This document shows, piece by piece, positions 46,930 to 57,143 of a stretch of DNA of 64,000 bases. Where the stretch lies: positions 128,001 to 192,000 of the forward strand of contig JAVZLH010000001.1 of NCBI GenBank assembly GCA_038883855.1, read 5' to 3'. Source of the DNA: Candidatus Bathyarchaeia archaeon (lineage in GTDB: Archaea > Thermoproteota > Bathyarchaeia > Bathyarchaeales > Bathycorpusculaceae). A program made the position numbers and the translations under genes. The first letter of the stretch is position 1; each line of letters starts with the position of its first letter. The notes below the pieces were generated by a model that was given only the letters and a program-made list of their open reading frames with translations, had not been told where the DNA came from and ran no database searches.

Positions 46930-47439
46930 GTGGCTGTTAAAATGGGGTATTCAGCCGTCTGGAAAGTTCTCGAAGAAATGATTACAGACTTGCGAAAAAA
47001 GGGGCTGACAGTTCCAGCGGAAGTTGTAAATGATTTAAAATCTGCGAAAACGCTAATTAAAATCTTGAAGGCTGACCCAACGCACGGGGAAACGGTTCAA
47101 AAAATCGAAGAGTATCTTGGAAACGTTGAGTCTTACCTGATCTCTGAAGGAACGAAGAATTTTGGAGACAAATACACTAGTGAGTGGCTTAAGCGGCTTG
47201 ATGAAGCTGGAAAAGCACCCTTCGCTGAAGAAGAGGAAGAGGTAAGGTTTGTTCCTGGGCTTCCGCGGGAGCAAAAGTGGGTTCGCGTTAAGCCTTCAGC
47301 CGAGTTACCGATTGAAAAGCTGAAATCTATAGCTGAAGAGTCAAATCTCTCATACAATGTTCAAAGTGATGGTTACCTGCTTGTTTACGGCGAAGAAAAT
47401 CGCATAAAAGAATTTGTTAAGAAAGTAGCTATAAAATAG
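46930..47439 (+). CDS. DUF2096-family protein
   Basis: WKVLEEMITDLRKKG..VP..V..DL.SAK; F.PG.P....WVRV. Confidence 0.7.
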   Translation: MAVKMGYSAVWKVLEEMITDLRKKGLTVPAEVVNDLKSAKTLIKILKADPTHGETVQKIEEYLGNVESYLISEGTKNFGDKYTSEWLKRLDEAGKAPFAEEEEEVRFVPGLPREQKWVRVKPSAELPIEKLKSIAEESNLSYNVQSDGYLLVYGEENRIKEFVKKVAIK

Positions 47440-47580
47440 GAGATTAAGGCTCAAAATAGCGTCGAAAGTTTACATAACCGTTAAAATCTTCCTCTAGACA
47501 ATAATTTATTAAAAATTGGAGGAGACAATGTAAGTTAATATAGTTGCAGCGTTCCAGAAAAGGGTGAGGGCGCAAACTGA

Positions 47581-50500
47581 ATGCCCTACATTAAAAAAAT
47601 TGAGATTAAAGGCTTCAAATCCTTCGGTCCGCAAACCGTTAAAGTAGTCTTGGATAAGGGCTTCACAGCTATTACTGGACCAAACGGAAGCGGGAAAACA
47701 AACATTGTCGACGCTGTTTTGTTCGCTCTTGGCGAGTTAAGCACGAGAAGGCTTCGTGCTGAAAACGCTGCTAAACTCATTTTTCACGGTTCTGAGAAGG
47801 CTGGTTTAGAGAAGGCGAAGATGGCTAAGGTCGTAATTCAGTTTGACAACTCGGATGGCAGGATGCCTGTTGACACAAACACAGTAACAGTCTCGCGAGA
47901 GGTTTACAGAAACGGTCAAAGCATTTATAGGCTTAATGGTAGACGAATTTCTAGAGCATATATTTTGGAAATTCTGTCTATGGCAGGTATAAGCAGCACA
48001 AGCCAAAACATTATCCCGCAAGGCACGATAACCCGCCTGACCGACATAACCCCTCCAGAACGTAGGAAAATAATTGAAGACTTAATTGGAATAGCCCAGT
48101 ATGACGCTGAAAAAGCTGAGGCTGAAGAAAAGCTTCGGATGGCAGACATATCCATCCGCACGGCTATGGGCAGAATAGACGAGGTTCAGAAGAGACTAGA
48201 TGATTTAGAGAGGGAGCGCAATGAGCTCTTGAGGTTCAATTTTATACACAATGAAATAAAAAAGTTTGAATCTGTCAAAATTTCGCATGAAATGGCGCAG
48301 ATACAGAAAAAGTTGGAGGAAAACTCCTCACAAGCAGACAAAATTAAAATCAGAGTTGAAAAATTAAGGCAATTGCGTGAGGGATATCGGTCAAAGAGAA
48401 GGGAGATCGAAGGAGAATGGCGGAAGCTAAGCTCCGAAATAGTTGAAGAGGGTGGCTCCCAAGTTTTAAAGGTTCAAATTAGAATCGGCGAGCTGAAATC
48501 AAAACTTACAGAGTTGACAACGAAAATAAGTTCTGGTAAAGCAAGCCTCGAGAGCTTAAAACGTGTTAGAGAAAACAACTTACAACAATACCAGTCTATA
48601 AGAAAAGAAATTAGCGAAAACCACCTAAAAATAAGAAAACTGAAAAAAGAGTTTGAGAGTATTCTAAACCAGATAAACCAAAAACAGTCCGAGCATGATG
48701 CTCTTGCACGAGAAACAGCTTTACTCTGGGAAAATATTGGAGAAAACAGCAAGAAAATCCGTGAGATGGAACTTCAACTTGAAAACAACTATAGACGGCT
48801 CACAATATTAAGGTCTGAACAGGCAAAAAGCCAAACAGCCATTAAACTTCGTGAAAGAAGACTTAAAGACTTAACTGATAGGAAAGAAAGATTCGCTTCA
48901 ACGCTTTTAGAGCTGGAAAAGTCCTTTGCAGAACTGGAAAAAGTGCAGAAGGAGCAGAAAGCCCAGCTTAAAAATCTTGAGAGGCTCATCGATAGGAGAA
49001 TAGCCCAGAAAGAAGCCATCGAAAAAGAAATAGACCAAGCAGGTAAAATAGCTGATTCCGCTCGAGAAGCAGTCATCGAATTTGAAACACAAAGAGAACT
49101 CGCGGAAACCGTGGCTTCAGAAGAAAAAGCTCTTAAAAGCATAGAAGAACTAGGCGAGTTAGGTGTAATTCCAGGAGTTTACGGAAGACTACGCAACCTA
49201 ATCAAAATGGATAAGGCTTATGAAAGGGCTATGGAAGTGGCTGCAGCCGGATGGCTCGACGCCATAGTGGTCAAAGATTTTGACGCTGCCTTCACATGTG
49301 TAGAGACTTTACGAAGGATGAAGCTTGGAAGAATAAAGATAATACCGCTTCAAGGAACACCCCCAACCAAACCAATAAAAATTCCATCCATAGAAGGCGT
49401 CAACGGAGCAGCTTCCGCCTTCGTCAAATGTGAGAAATCCTATGAGCCAGCTGTTCAATTCGTGTTCGGCGACACAGTAATAGTTTCAGACGACAAAACT
49501 GCCTTTACACTATCAAATGAAGGTTACCGTGCAGTTACAGTGAACGGAGACTTGTACGAGCCGGGCGGAGCCTTCGAAAGCGGCTATTACAGGGCTCCAA
49601 TAGATTTCTCCGCAATCATACCAAGCGAGGCAGCCATCAAAAGCCTTGACGAGGCCGTGAGAGCCCTCCAGCAGCACCTTGCCCAGAGAGATATGGACTT
49701 GGCAACTTTTGAGGAGGAAATAGACAGAACTCGCGTGGAAATTACCCGTCTCTCAGAAGCCATAACCACGTTGGACAGGGAAATAGCAAGGGTTAAGAGG
49801 AGTATTAAGAGGACCAAAGCCAACTTAAGGCGAGTAGACCATTTTATACAGCGTTATCAAAGTGAAATAGAAAATGAGAAAGCGCAGATGTGGCTTCGAA
49901 GAGCAGAAGGCAGTTCAATCCAAAAGGAGATACAAAAACTCCGAAGCGAACTTATCAGCTTAAGGCGAAAGACAGATCCAGGGCACATTCAAGAACTGGA
50001 GGCAAAAAGGGAGAAGCTTGCAGAAGAGATAATCACTTTGAGACAGAAACTTGGCGCTGTCCAAACAGAGATTTCGACGCTTCAATCCCAGTTTGACAAC
50101 GTTTTAAGAGTTGGATACAAGAATGCGAAGATTCAACTTTCAAAGGTTGAACAACAGCTAAAACAGGTGGAGAAGGAAGTTGAGGACGCGCTCAAAGAAA
50201 GAGAATCGCTGAAACAAGAAATTTCTGAACTGGAAAAAAGCCGCATCGAACTTTCAAAAACAGTCTTTTCCGCAAGAGAAGAAGCGAAGAAATTTACAAG
50301 CCAAATAGACGAAATAGACAAGGAACTCCGCAAACTTGACGCAGAATACGAGCAAGCCGACCGCCTGTTCAATCAACTTCAACTCAGCATACAGACGTCA
50401 CTTTTGCAACTTGAACAGTGCCGAAGTAGACTCAGGCAGCTTGGCTACGAACAACCCCTAGAAGTAACGCAGAAACAGGTTGAGGAGGCTGAAACCTCCA

Positions 50501-51135
50501 TTAAAATGATGCAGTTTGAACTCGAAAGAATTGGTGCAGTGAACCAGCTTGCCCTTTCCCATTATGCAGAGCAAATTTCACGGTATAAGGAACTTTCCAT
50601 GCGGCTAAACGAGCTTGAAAGAGAAAAACAAGCCATAGTTAACTTTATGGAGGAAATTGAACGCAAAAAACGCAAAGTATTCACAGAAGCCTTCGAAAAA
50701 ATCAACCAAAACCTTGGAAAATACTTTTCAAAACTTACAGGAGGTGGAAACGCGACAATGAAACTCGAAAACCCAGATGAACCCTTCCAAGGCGGAATTG
50801 AAATGATTGTCCAGTTTCCAAACAAGCCTTCTATAGTTGTAAGCGGAGCCAGTGGAGGAGAACGTTCGGTTGCTGCTGTAGCCTTCATATTCGCCATCAA
50901 GGACTTCAGCCCAGCATCCTTCTATATTCTGGACGAGATAGACGCTCATCTTGATGCTTTTCACGTTTCAAAACTCGCCGACTTACTGCTTGAAGAATCG
51001 GAGAAAAACCAGTTCATAGTAATAACCCTAAAGCCAGAGATGGTGAACAAGGCGCAGAAGGTTTATGGAGTTTATGAGCGGAACGGCGTCTCCAACATAA
51101 TTTCAGCAAAGTTCTTGGAGGTGCCTTCGAGCTGA
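47581..51135 (+). CDS. smc: Chromosome segregation protein SMC
   Basis: GFKSF, GPNGSGKTN, hinge GVYGRL, SGGERS, LDEIDAHLD; long coiled coils. Confidence 0.97.
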   Translation: MPYIKKIEIKGFKSFGPQTVKVVLDKGFTAITGPNGSGKTNIVDAVLFALGELSTRRLRAENAAKLIFHGSEKAGLEKAKMAKVVIQFDNSDGRMPVDTNTVTVSREVYRNGQSIYRLNGRRISRAYILEILSMAGISSTSQNIIPQGTITRLTDITPPERRKIIEDLIGIAQYDAEKAEAEEKLRMADISIRTAMGRIDEVQKRLDDLERERNELLRFNFIHNEIKKFESVKISHEMAQIQKKLEENSSQADKIKIRVEKLRQLREGYRSKRREIEGEWRKLSSEIVEEGGSQVLKVQIRIGELKSKLTELTTKISSGKASLESLKRVRENNLQQYQSIRKEISENHLKIRKLKKEFESILNQINQKQSEHDALARETALLWENIGENSKKIREMELQLENNYRRLTILRSEQAKSQTAIKLRERRLKDLTDRKERFASTLLELEKSFAELEKVQKEQKAQLKNLERLIDRRIAQKEAIEKEIDQAGKIADSAREAVIEFETQRELAETVASEEKALKSIEELGELGVIPGVYGRLRNLIKMDKAYERAMEVAAAGWLDAIVVKDFDAAFTCVETLRRMKLGRIKIIPLQGTPPTKPIKIPSIEGVNGAASAFVKCEKSYEPAVQFVFGDTVIVSDDKTAFTLSNEGYRAVTVNGDLYEPGGAFESGYYRAPIDFSAIIPSEAAIKSLDEAVRALQQHLAQRDMDLATFEEEIDRTRVEITRLSEAITTLDREIARVKRSIKRTKANLRRVDHFIQRYQSEIENEKAQMWLRRAEGSSIQKEIQKLRSELISLRRKTDPGHIQELEAKREKLAEEIITLRQKLGAVQTEISTLQSQFDNVLRVGYKNAKIQLSKVEQQLKQVEKEVEDALKERESLKQEISELEKSRIELSKTVFSAREEAKKFTSQIDEIDKELRKLDAEYEQADRLFNQLQLSIQTSLLQLEQCRSRLRQLGYEQPLEVTQKQVEEAETSIKMMQFELERIGAVNQLALSHYAEQISRYKELSMRLNELEREKQAIVNFMEEIERKKRKVFTEAFEKINQNLGKYFSKLTGGGNATMKLENPDEPFQGGIEMIVQFPNKPSIVVSGASGGERSVAAVAFIFAIKDFSPASFYILDEIDAHLDAFHVSKLADLLLEESEKNQFIVITLKPEMVNKAQKVYGVYERNGVSNIISAKFLEVPSS

Positions 51136-51839
51136 CAGCTTCCTCAACAATCACCAAAAAACCTTTTTACTTTCGTCCACCGTGGAACATTCTCTTTGAT
51201 TTTCACAGGCTTGAGAGGCTTACTCCATGGAACATTAACATAGCTTATCTGCTGGCATCCTTTCTAGAAGAGATGGAGCGCATTGGGCAAATTGATTTCA
51301 GAGCTTCTGGCATAGCTTTAGACTCCTCAGCCCTCATATACTTGATGAAGTCAAAGCTTCTGCTCAAACTTGAGGAACCTCCACCGCCACCGAAACCTCC
51401 TAAAGAATTTCTGCCGCCGCCTCTTTTTCTTCCGCTCCGACATGAATTGACATCAACAACTATAAGGCAACTACTGGAAGTCCTAGACGACGTTTTAAAG
51501 GGAGAAAAGCTGTTGCGTCTCGAAAAGGCTGTTTCAGAGCCCGTACTGCCTGCTCCCTCAGAGGTTCTTCCGCAATTCGAATTGTATTTGATGGAAATTG
51601 AGCTGCAGATGGAGAAGCTTTACAACTCTCTTGTGGAGAGAGTGAAGGGTGCTGGAATAATAGAGTTTTCATCGTTGATAAAGGGGATGGAGCGGCTGGA
51701 AGCCATCCGCACTTTCATTCTCCTATTATTTTTGGCGCAAGATTTGAAAGTGAATTTGTGGCAAGATGAAAAAACAGAAGAAATATACATAACAGTCGGG
51801 GATTTTAGCGTTGCAAGAAGTGGAAAAGCAGAAACCTAA
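51132..51839 (+). CDS. scpA: Kleisin ScpA (CTG start inferred)
   Basis: The frame extends 47 codons upstream of ATG 51273 through PPWNILF...LTPWNINIAYLL..FLEEM; CTG overlaps the smc TGA; GGAGGTG SD 8 nt upstream; C-terminal FILLLFLAQ..KV.LWQ. Confidence 0.88.
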   Translation: MTASSTITKKPFYFRPPWNILFDFHRLERLTPWNINIAYLLASFLEEMERIGQIDFRASGIALDSSALIYLMKSKLLLKLEEPPPPPKPPKEFLPPPLFLPLRHELTSTTIRQLLEVLDDVLKGEKLLRLEKAVSEPVLPAPSEVLPQFELYLMEIELQMEKLYNSLVERVKGAGIIEFSSLIKGMERLEAIRTFILLLFLAQDLKVNLWQDEKTEEIYITVGDFSVARSGKAET

Positions 51840-52386
51840 CCCTGACGAGAGGCTCCAGCACGATTTGATTCTGTTGGAAGCCGCCCTATACGTTGCAGGT
51901 CGTCCACTAAACATAAACGAATTATGCTCTATTTTAAAGACGCGCTCTAAAAACAAGGTTAAGAAGCTTGTAAAAACACTTATGCAAGAATACGCAAGCA
52001 GAAAAACGGCTCTCGAAATTTTAGAGTTGAAAGACGAGAGATATGTTTTGCAGTTAAAAGCCGAGTTTACACCTCATGTTCGAAAGCTTGTGAATAGACC
52101 GTTGCTTTCCATAGGTCCGCTTAAAACATTGTCTTACATAGCCTATAGGCAGCCGGTGTCCCAAAAGCGGGTTATTGAAGTGCGGGGTCACCACGCTTAT
52201 GGGCATATTAAACTATTAAAGGAGATGGGGCTTATTGCTAGCGAAAGAGGCGGACGTTCAACAATTCTTCGAACAACCGAATACTTCGCAGACTACTTCG
52301 GTTTAAGCCACGACATAGCCGCAATGAAAAAAGAGTTAAAAAATGTGTTCAAAGACTTTGCGAAGAAGGAAAACTTTCAATCCTAA
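51811..52386 (+). CDS. scpB: SMC-Scp complex subunit ScpB
   Basis: LEAALYVAGRPL, LKTLSYIAYRQPV, TT.YFADYFGL. Confidence 0.95.
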   Translation: MQEVEKQKPNPDERLQHDLILLEAALYVAGRPLNINELCSILKTRSKNKVKKLVKTLMQEYASRKTALEILELKDERYVLQLKAEFTPHVRKLVNRPLLSIGPLKTLSYIAYRQPVSQKRVIEVRGHHAYGHIKLLKEMGLIASERGGRSTILRTTEYFADYFGLSHDIAAMKKELKNVFKDFAKKENFQS

Positions 52387-52459
52387 AATGGAGATAGATT
52401 TATATGCCAAATAACTGTGATAGTGAACACTAACATAACATGTTGAAAGTGAAATAGAA

Positions 52460-52858
52460 ATGTCGGTTTGGCACGGAGACCTACATAAGAAAAAGCCTTC
52501 AGGAGGCAGAAGAAGACCCTACAGAGGAAAAAGAAAATTTGAAGAAGGCTCATTCCCGGTTGAAACAATATTGGGCGAGACAAAAAGGAAAGTGGAAAAA
52601 ACTAGAGGCGGAAACATAAAAATCAAAGTTTTAAGCGACAAATACGCATGTGTAACAGATCCAAAAAGCGGAGAAACAGTCAAAACCGAAATCCTAAGAG
52701 TTGTTAAAAACCCAGCCAACATTGACTATGACCGCAGAGGTGTAATAACCAAAGGCGCAGAAATAGAAACCCCCTTAGGGTTGGCTAGAGTTAGATCCCG
52801 CCCGGGACAAAACGGAGTCATAAACGCAGTTTTGATAAGCAAGGAAGAAAAAGCTTAG
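52460..52858 (+). CDS. rps8e: 30S ribosomal protein S8e
   Basis: K.SGG..R..R.KRKFE.G, RGGN.K, NPAN..Y.RRGVITKGA.I, SRPGQ.G.INAVL. Confidence 0.97.
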   Translation: MSVWHGDLHKKKPSGGRRRPYRGKRKFEEGSFPVETILGETKRKVEKTRGGNIKIKVLSDKYACVTDPKSGETVKTEILRVVKNPANIDYDRRGVITKGAEIETPLGLARVRSRPGQNGVINAVLISKEEKA

Positions 52859-52861
52859 GCT

Positions 52862-53164
52862 TCATTTATTTGACGGTTGCTGGCTTCGGATTTTTTGAAG
52901 AGTTTTCGCAATCTTTTTGATGGTTTTGTCTTTGGACTCGCTTTTCTCTACGAGAAGCATTCCAGTTTTCAGCCAAGGTGTCTTCGGGTAGCTGACATCC
53001 AAAACAACTTCATATTCCAAACCAAGCTTCTCAACAGCATCCCTGATCTCCGTGATCTTTGGAGATGGCACAGCCAAACTTTTTGGAATTCGCCGCCCCT
53101 CGCCTCTAGTTTTTGTCGAATCAAAGTAGGCTGGCCATATAATTATTTTCTCTTGTTTGCGCGT
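52862..53164 (-). CDS. srp19: Signal recognition particle protein SRP19 (ACG start inferred)
   Basis: (T/M)RKQEKIIIWPAYFDSTKTRGEGRRIPKSLAVPSP...YPK.PW..G; no in-frame ATG/GTG/TTG between the upstream stop and the WPAY motif. Confidence 0.9.
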   Translation of the reverse strand, partial: TRKQEKIIIWPAYFDSTKTRGEGRRIPKSLAVPSPKITEIRDAVEKLGLEYEVVLDVSYPKTPWLKTGMLLVEKSESKDKTIKKIAKTLQKIRSQQPSNK

Positions 53165-53183
53165 GTTCTCACAACCTCTTTAA

Positions 53184-54938
53184 TTATTTATGAGCGTAAT
53201 AAGCCGTTAATTTCTTGTTAACTCTATCAATTCTGACGAAGCCAAATCTCTCAAACTGTATTATGGTGTTTGGCTTTAGCCTGTTACAGGCGCTTTCAGC
53301 TATTCCTTCGGCTGTTGTGGCGTCTGGCATCATAACTTGGCATGGCATATCTTCCCCAACTGGTATCCAATGGATTAGCTTCGCCTTAGCTTTCTTCGCT
53401 TCCTCGTAGGCTTCACTAACAAATTGTGCTTCAGCGGAATATGAGCTTACATTTACTACTTTTACGTTAAAAAGCTCCATGAGACGCACTAACTCTTCGC
53501 CTTTCGCGTCGGCAGCATCTCTCCTCGTAATCCAGAGCTTAATAGAGCTGTCTTCTTTGGGCTTTATGGTGTATTCTCTGAAACCCCTCTCTGGATGTTC
53601 CGGATGCAAATTCAGCCTTACCTTAAAAGGCTTTGGAACACCCTTAACAGTCAACTCTATTGGATCTTGCACAAAAAAGTATCTGTTAACTGCTGGGTCG
53701 AGGATTTTGCGGTTGTAAGCGTACAGGTTCTCCCAACTTAAAACAACATCTGAAGTTTTGGGTCCAACTTCAATTATCAATTTTTTAATAGCTTCAGGAG
53801 TTATTCCCCGTCTTCTCAAGGCAGCAAAGGTTGCGAGGCGAGGATCATCCCAATCCTTGTAGAGGCCTTCTCTAATCCCTTGAACAATTTTTGACTTGCT
53901 TAAGGCTGCGCCTGTAATTTTTAATCTCCCGTAATGTATGGCTTCTGGATACTTCCAACCAAAATATTTGTACATATACTCTTGTCTAATCATGTTTGTG
54001 AGGTGCTCTTTTCCCCTTATTATGTGGGTTATGCCCATGAGGTGGTCGTCTATGCCGCAAGCGAAATTATATAGGGGCCATACATGGTATTTGCTTCCAA
54101 CTCGTGGATGCGGATATTTGTCGCTGTCTATTACTCTTAGGGCTGGCCAGTCTCTAACCGCTGGGTTCGGATGGTTCAAATCAGTTTTTACCCGAAGTAC
54201 CGCTTCACCTTCTTTATAGTCGCCTTTAAGCATGTGTTGCCATTTTGCAAGTTGTTCTTCTGGTGGCAAATTGCGGCATTCACAAGGTTGATTAGCTAGG
54301 ATTTTCTTTCTGAAGGCTTCTGGTCTGCATGTGCATACGTAGGCGTTTCCGTCTTTCAACAGTTTTTCCGCATGCTCATAATATATGTGGATTCTGTCGC
54401 TTTGAATGTATTCCTCATCTGGCTTGCATCCAAGCCACGCTAAGTCCTCTCTAATACGGTCGTAAAACTCTAAAACAGGTCTCTTCAATTTTGGGTCCGT
54501 GTCTTCGAAGCGTAGGATGAACTTGCCCTTATACATGCGTGCGTACTCGTGGCATAATATTATGGCTCTTGCTGAGCCCAGATGCAGAACGCAGTCTGGG
54601 TTGGGCGAGAAACGCGTTACAACTTTGTCATACTTTTCAACGTTTGGAAGAGGCGGAAGACGCTTTTCCTCTTCGGTTTTCTCCTCTTTTGTTAGTGTTT
54701 CAGGCCACTTTTCCTCGATGATTTTCCTCTGTTCGTTTAGCGTTAACTTGTTGACTTCCTCAACTATTTTATTGATGAGAACTGACAGTTCCTTAACCTT
54801 TGTTTTAAGCTCTGGTTTTTCCGCTAAAATTTTTCCGATAACCGGGCCTGCTTGGGCTTTGCCATCATGCTTAACAGCGTTTAGTAAAGCGTTTTTTCGA
54901 ATAATTTCTTTGAGTTCAACGTCTTCTTCGAGTGGCAA
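53184..54938 (-). CDS. gltX: Glutamyl-tRNA synthetase
   Basis: TRFSPNP...LHLGS, RFEDTDP, NPAVRDW, IIRGKEH, LSKS, QFERFGF. Confidence 0.97.
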   Translation of the reverse strand: MPLEEDVELKEIIRKNALLNAVKHDGKAQAGPVIGKILAEKPELKTKVKELSVLINKIVEEVNKLTLNEQRKIIEEKWPETLTKEEKTEEEKRLPPLPNVEKYDKVVTRFSPNPDCVLHLGSARAIILCHEYARMYKGKFILRFEDTDPKLKRPVLEFYDRIREDLAWLGCKPDEEYIQSDRIHIYYEHAEKLLKDGNAYVCTCRPEAFRKKILANQPCECRNLPPEEQLAKWQHMLKGDYKEGEAVLRVKTDLNHPNPAVRDWPALRVIDSDKYPHPRVGSKYHVWPLYNFACGIDDHLMGITHIIRGKEHLTNMIRQEYMYKYFGWKYPEAIHYGRLKITGAALSKSKIVQGIREGLYKDWDDPRLATFAALRRRGITPEAIKKLIIEVGPKTSDVVLSWENLYAYNRKILDPAVNRYFFVQDPIELTVKGVPKPFKVRLNLHPEHPERGFREYTIKPKEDSSIKLWITRRDAADAKGEELVRLMELFNVKVVNVSSYSAEAQFVSEAYEEAKKAKAKLIHWIPVGEDMPCQVMMPDATTAEGIAESACNRLKPNTIIQFERFGFVRIDRVNKKLTAYYAHK

Positions 54939-54960
54939 GTGCTTACACTCTTAAGGGTGT

Positions 54961-56031
54961 TTAAATTTTCCTTTTAATCAAGAACTCTGCGAAGGCTTTT
55001 AGTTTTTCCTTTGCTTCGGAGGCTGGCAAAATTTTTTCCACTTCCCTCCAGCTTTCCTCTACAATTTTTGTTGCGAAATGCTTCGCGTATTCGATGGAAC
55101 CGTATTTCTCCATTAGTGCTATGGCTTCTTCCCGCAGTTTTTGGTCTGAAGTATGCATGTTAAGTATTTCTATAAGCCTTCTCTTGTCCTTGGAATTTGC
55201 GACTTTCAGCGTGTGAATAACTATTAGGGTTCTTTTTCCTTCAGTTATGTCTTTTCCGCGTCCGCCCTTTTTTTCTGCAAACTCTTCTCCTGTCAAGTCA
55301 AGGATGTCGTCTTGCATTTGAAAGGCTACTCCTATACTTTCGGCGAAATGACCAATTTTCTCTACTTGTTCTGTTGCGGCGTCAGCTAAAACAGCAGCCA
55401 TTTTAGCAGCCATTCTAGCCAAGGTTCCAGTTTTGTAAGCGCACATCTGCAAATACTCTTCCTCGTTTATCTCGTTCGCGTTTGCTAGGCCTTTATGCCA
55501 AGCTATGTCCATTGCTTGTCCAAGGCTCAAGTTAATCATTTCTTGCACGTAAACCTCGTAGATTTTGCAAAGTTTTTGTGGCGAAACTTTATCCTTGTTT
55601 TTTATTAGCGGCAGAAGCGGTAGATAGTACATAGCGTTTCCAGCGTTTATGGCTATGTCTAAACCGTAGATTTTGTATGAGCAGGGCTTTCCTCTGCGGT
55701 AGTCTGAAGAGTCTTCTATGTCGTCTATGATTAGTGTCCCGTTGTGGATTACTTCTGGAATTATGGCGAAGTCTAGGAAGTCCTCTGGGTTTTTGCCGAA
55801 CGCCTCGCAGACCAGAAGAAATAGGGATGGGCGCCACCTTTTCCCACCTCTGTCGAGGAACTCCCAGATGGGCTCTGCTACGGCTTTGTTTAATGTTTCT
55901 AGGTTGTAGGCGTATCTCGGCGGGTTAAGTTTGAAAAGAATGGCTTCTTTGGAAATTTTTCTGGGAATGTATTTTTCGATGGTTTTGTCGATTAAGGTGG
56001 CTTTTTCCTCAAGAAGTTTTTCAATATCCAA
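54961..56031 (-). CDS. Polyprenyl (geranylgeranyl) diphosphate synthase
   Basis: GGKRWRP, DDIED...RRG, GQAMDI, KTG, FQMQDDILD, GKDI.EGK.T. Confidence 0.93.
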   Translation of the reverse strand: MDIEKLLEEKATLIDKTIEKYIPRKISKEAILFKLNPPRYAYNLETLNKAVAEPIWEFLDRGGKRWRPSLFLLVCEAFGKNPEDFLDFAIIPEVIHNGTLIIDDIEDSSDYRRGKPCSYKIYGLDIAINAGNAMYYLPLLPLIKNKDKVSPQKLCKIYEVYVQEMINLSLGQAMDIAWHKGLANANEINEEEYLQMCAYKTGTLARMAAKMAAVLADAATEQVEKIGHFAESIGVAFQMQDDILDLTGEEFAEKKGGRGKDITEGKRTLIVIHTLKVANSKDKRRLIEILNMHTSDQKLREEAIALMEKYGSIEYAKHFATKIVEESWREVEKILPASEAKEKLKAFAEFLIKRKI

Positions 56032-56034
56032 AGC

Positions 56035-57141
56035 CTAGCATCTCCCTCTTTTGGCGTAATCTTCTATGTTAAAGCCTCTAGTCCGCAGCCATTCCGCTGT
56101 TTTGCCAGTTATCACAACTGGTGCTTTCTGTAAATCTTTAACGGTTTTTGCGCCTACAAGAAACATAGTGTTTCTCAATTCCTCAATTAAAAATGAAAGT
56201 ATGTTTTCAGTTTCTTCGGCTCCTCCTTTAACTGCCGCTTTCAATATAGGGTGGGAAAGGCTTGTTAAGCTTGCACCTAAGGCTATAGCTTTCGCCATGT
56301 CCATGCCGCTGCGCACTCCACCAGACGCGATCACGGGTATTTTTACTGTTTGAGAAACTTCAACGACGCTTATGGCTGTGGGGATGCCCCAATCCCAAAA
56401 AGCTTCGCCGAGTATGCTTTGAAACTTGTTTTCTTTCTCTTTTGCTCTATGGTATTCTACGGCAGCGAAGCTTGTGCCTCCGCTTCCGCTCACATCTATC
56501 GCCTTAACTCCAGCATCTTCAAGCTTTTTCGCCTCTTCAGCAGCTATTCCAGCACCCGTTTCTTTCGCAATTATTGGAACATCCAACTTTTCGGCTAGTT
56601 CGCTGATTTTTTCCAGCACTCCTTTAAAGTTTGTTTGTCCTTCTGGTTGTACGGCTTCCTGTAGCGGGTTTAAATGCACTGCCAAAGCATCTGCGTCAAT
56701 CATCTTTATTGCTCTTTCGATTTCCTTTTTTTCATAGCTTCTTGCGAGCTGTACGCCTCCAATGTTTGCGATTAGGAAGGCTGTGGGCGCCTTTTTTCTT
56801 GCTATCGCAAATGTTTCATCAAGCCTCTTGTCTTCTATCGCCGCGCGTTGGCTTCCAACTCCCATTCCAAGTCCAAGTTTTTCAACAGCCTCGGCTATTG
56901 CGGCATTTATTTTTGTCGCCTCTTTTGTTCCTCCTGTTATTGCTCCCACTATGAGGGGTGCAGAAAACTTGTGACCTAGAACGGTTGTTGATAGGTTTAT
57001 TTCTTGTTTGTCGATTTCCGGCAGAGCTTTGTGGATTAGATAAACTTCCTCAAACCCTGTTGTAGCCTTTTTTGCTTGAACATCGTGGTTTAGGGAAATG
57101 CGAATATGCTCTTCCTTACGTCTTTCTGTTTCTTTAGCCAA
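56035..57141 (-). CDS. fni: Type 2 isopentenyl-diphosphate delta-isomerase
   Basis: RKEEHI, GVGSQR, HLNPLQE.VQPEG, KETG.G, GGTSFAAVE, WGIPT, ASGGVRSG. Confidence 0.96.
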   Translation of the reverse strand: MAKETERRKEEHIRISLNHDVQAKKATTGFEEVYLIHKALPEIDKQEINLSTTVLGHKFSAPLIVGAITGGTKEATKINAAIAEAVEKLGLGMGVGSQRAAIEDKRLDETFAIARKKAPTAFLIANIGGVQLARSYEKKEIERAIKMIDADALAVHLNPLQEAVQPEGQTNFKGVLEKISELAEKLDVPIIAKETGAGIAAEEAKKLEDAGVKAIDVSGSGGTSFAAVEYHRAKEKENKFQSILGEAFWDWGIPTAISVVEVSQTVKIPVIASGGVRSGMDMAKAIALGASLTSLSHPILKAAVKGGAEETENILSFLIEELRNTMFLVGAKTVKDLQKAPVVITGKTAEWLRTRGFNIEDYAKRGRC

Positions 57142-57143
57142 AA

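Noticed and set aside
47586-50964. Numerous minus-strand Ser/Phe/Leu-rich ORFs within smc (and similar ones opposite other core genes)
   Set aside because: Antisense shadows of Glu/Lys-rich coding sequence
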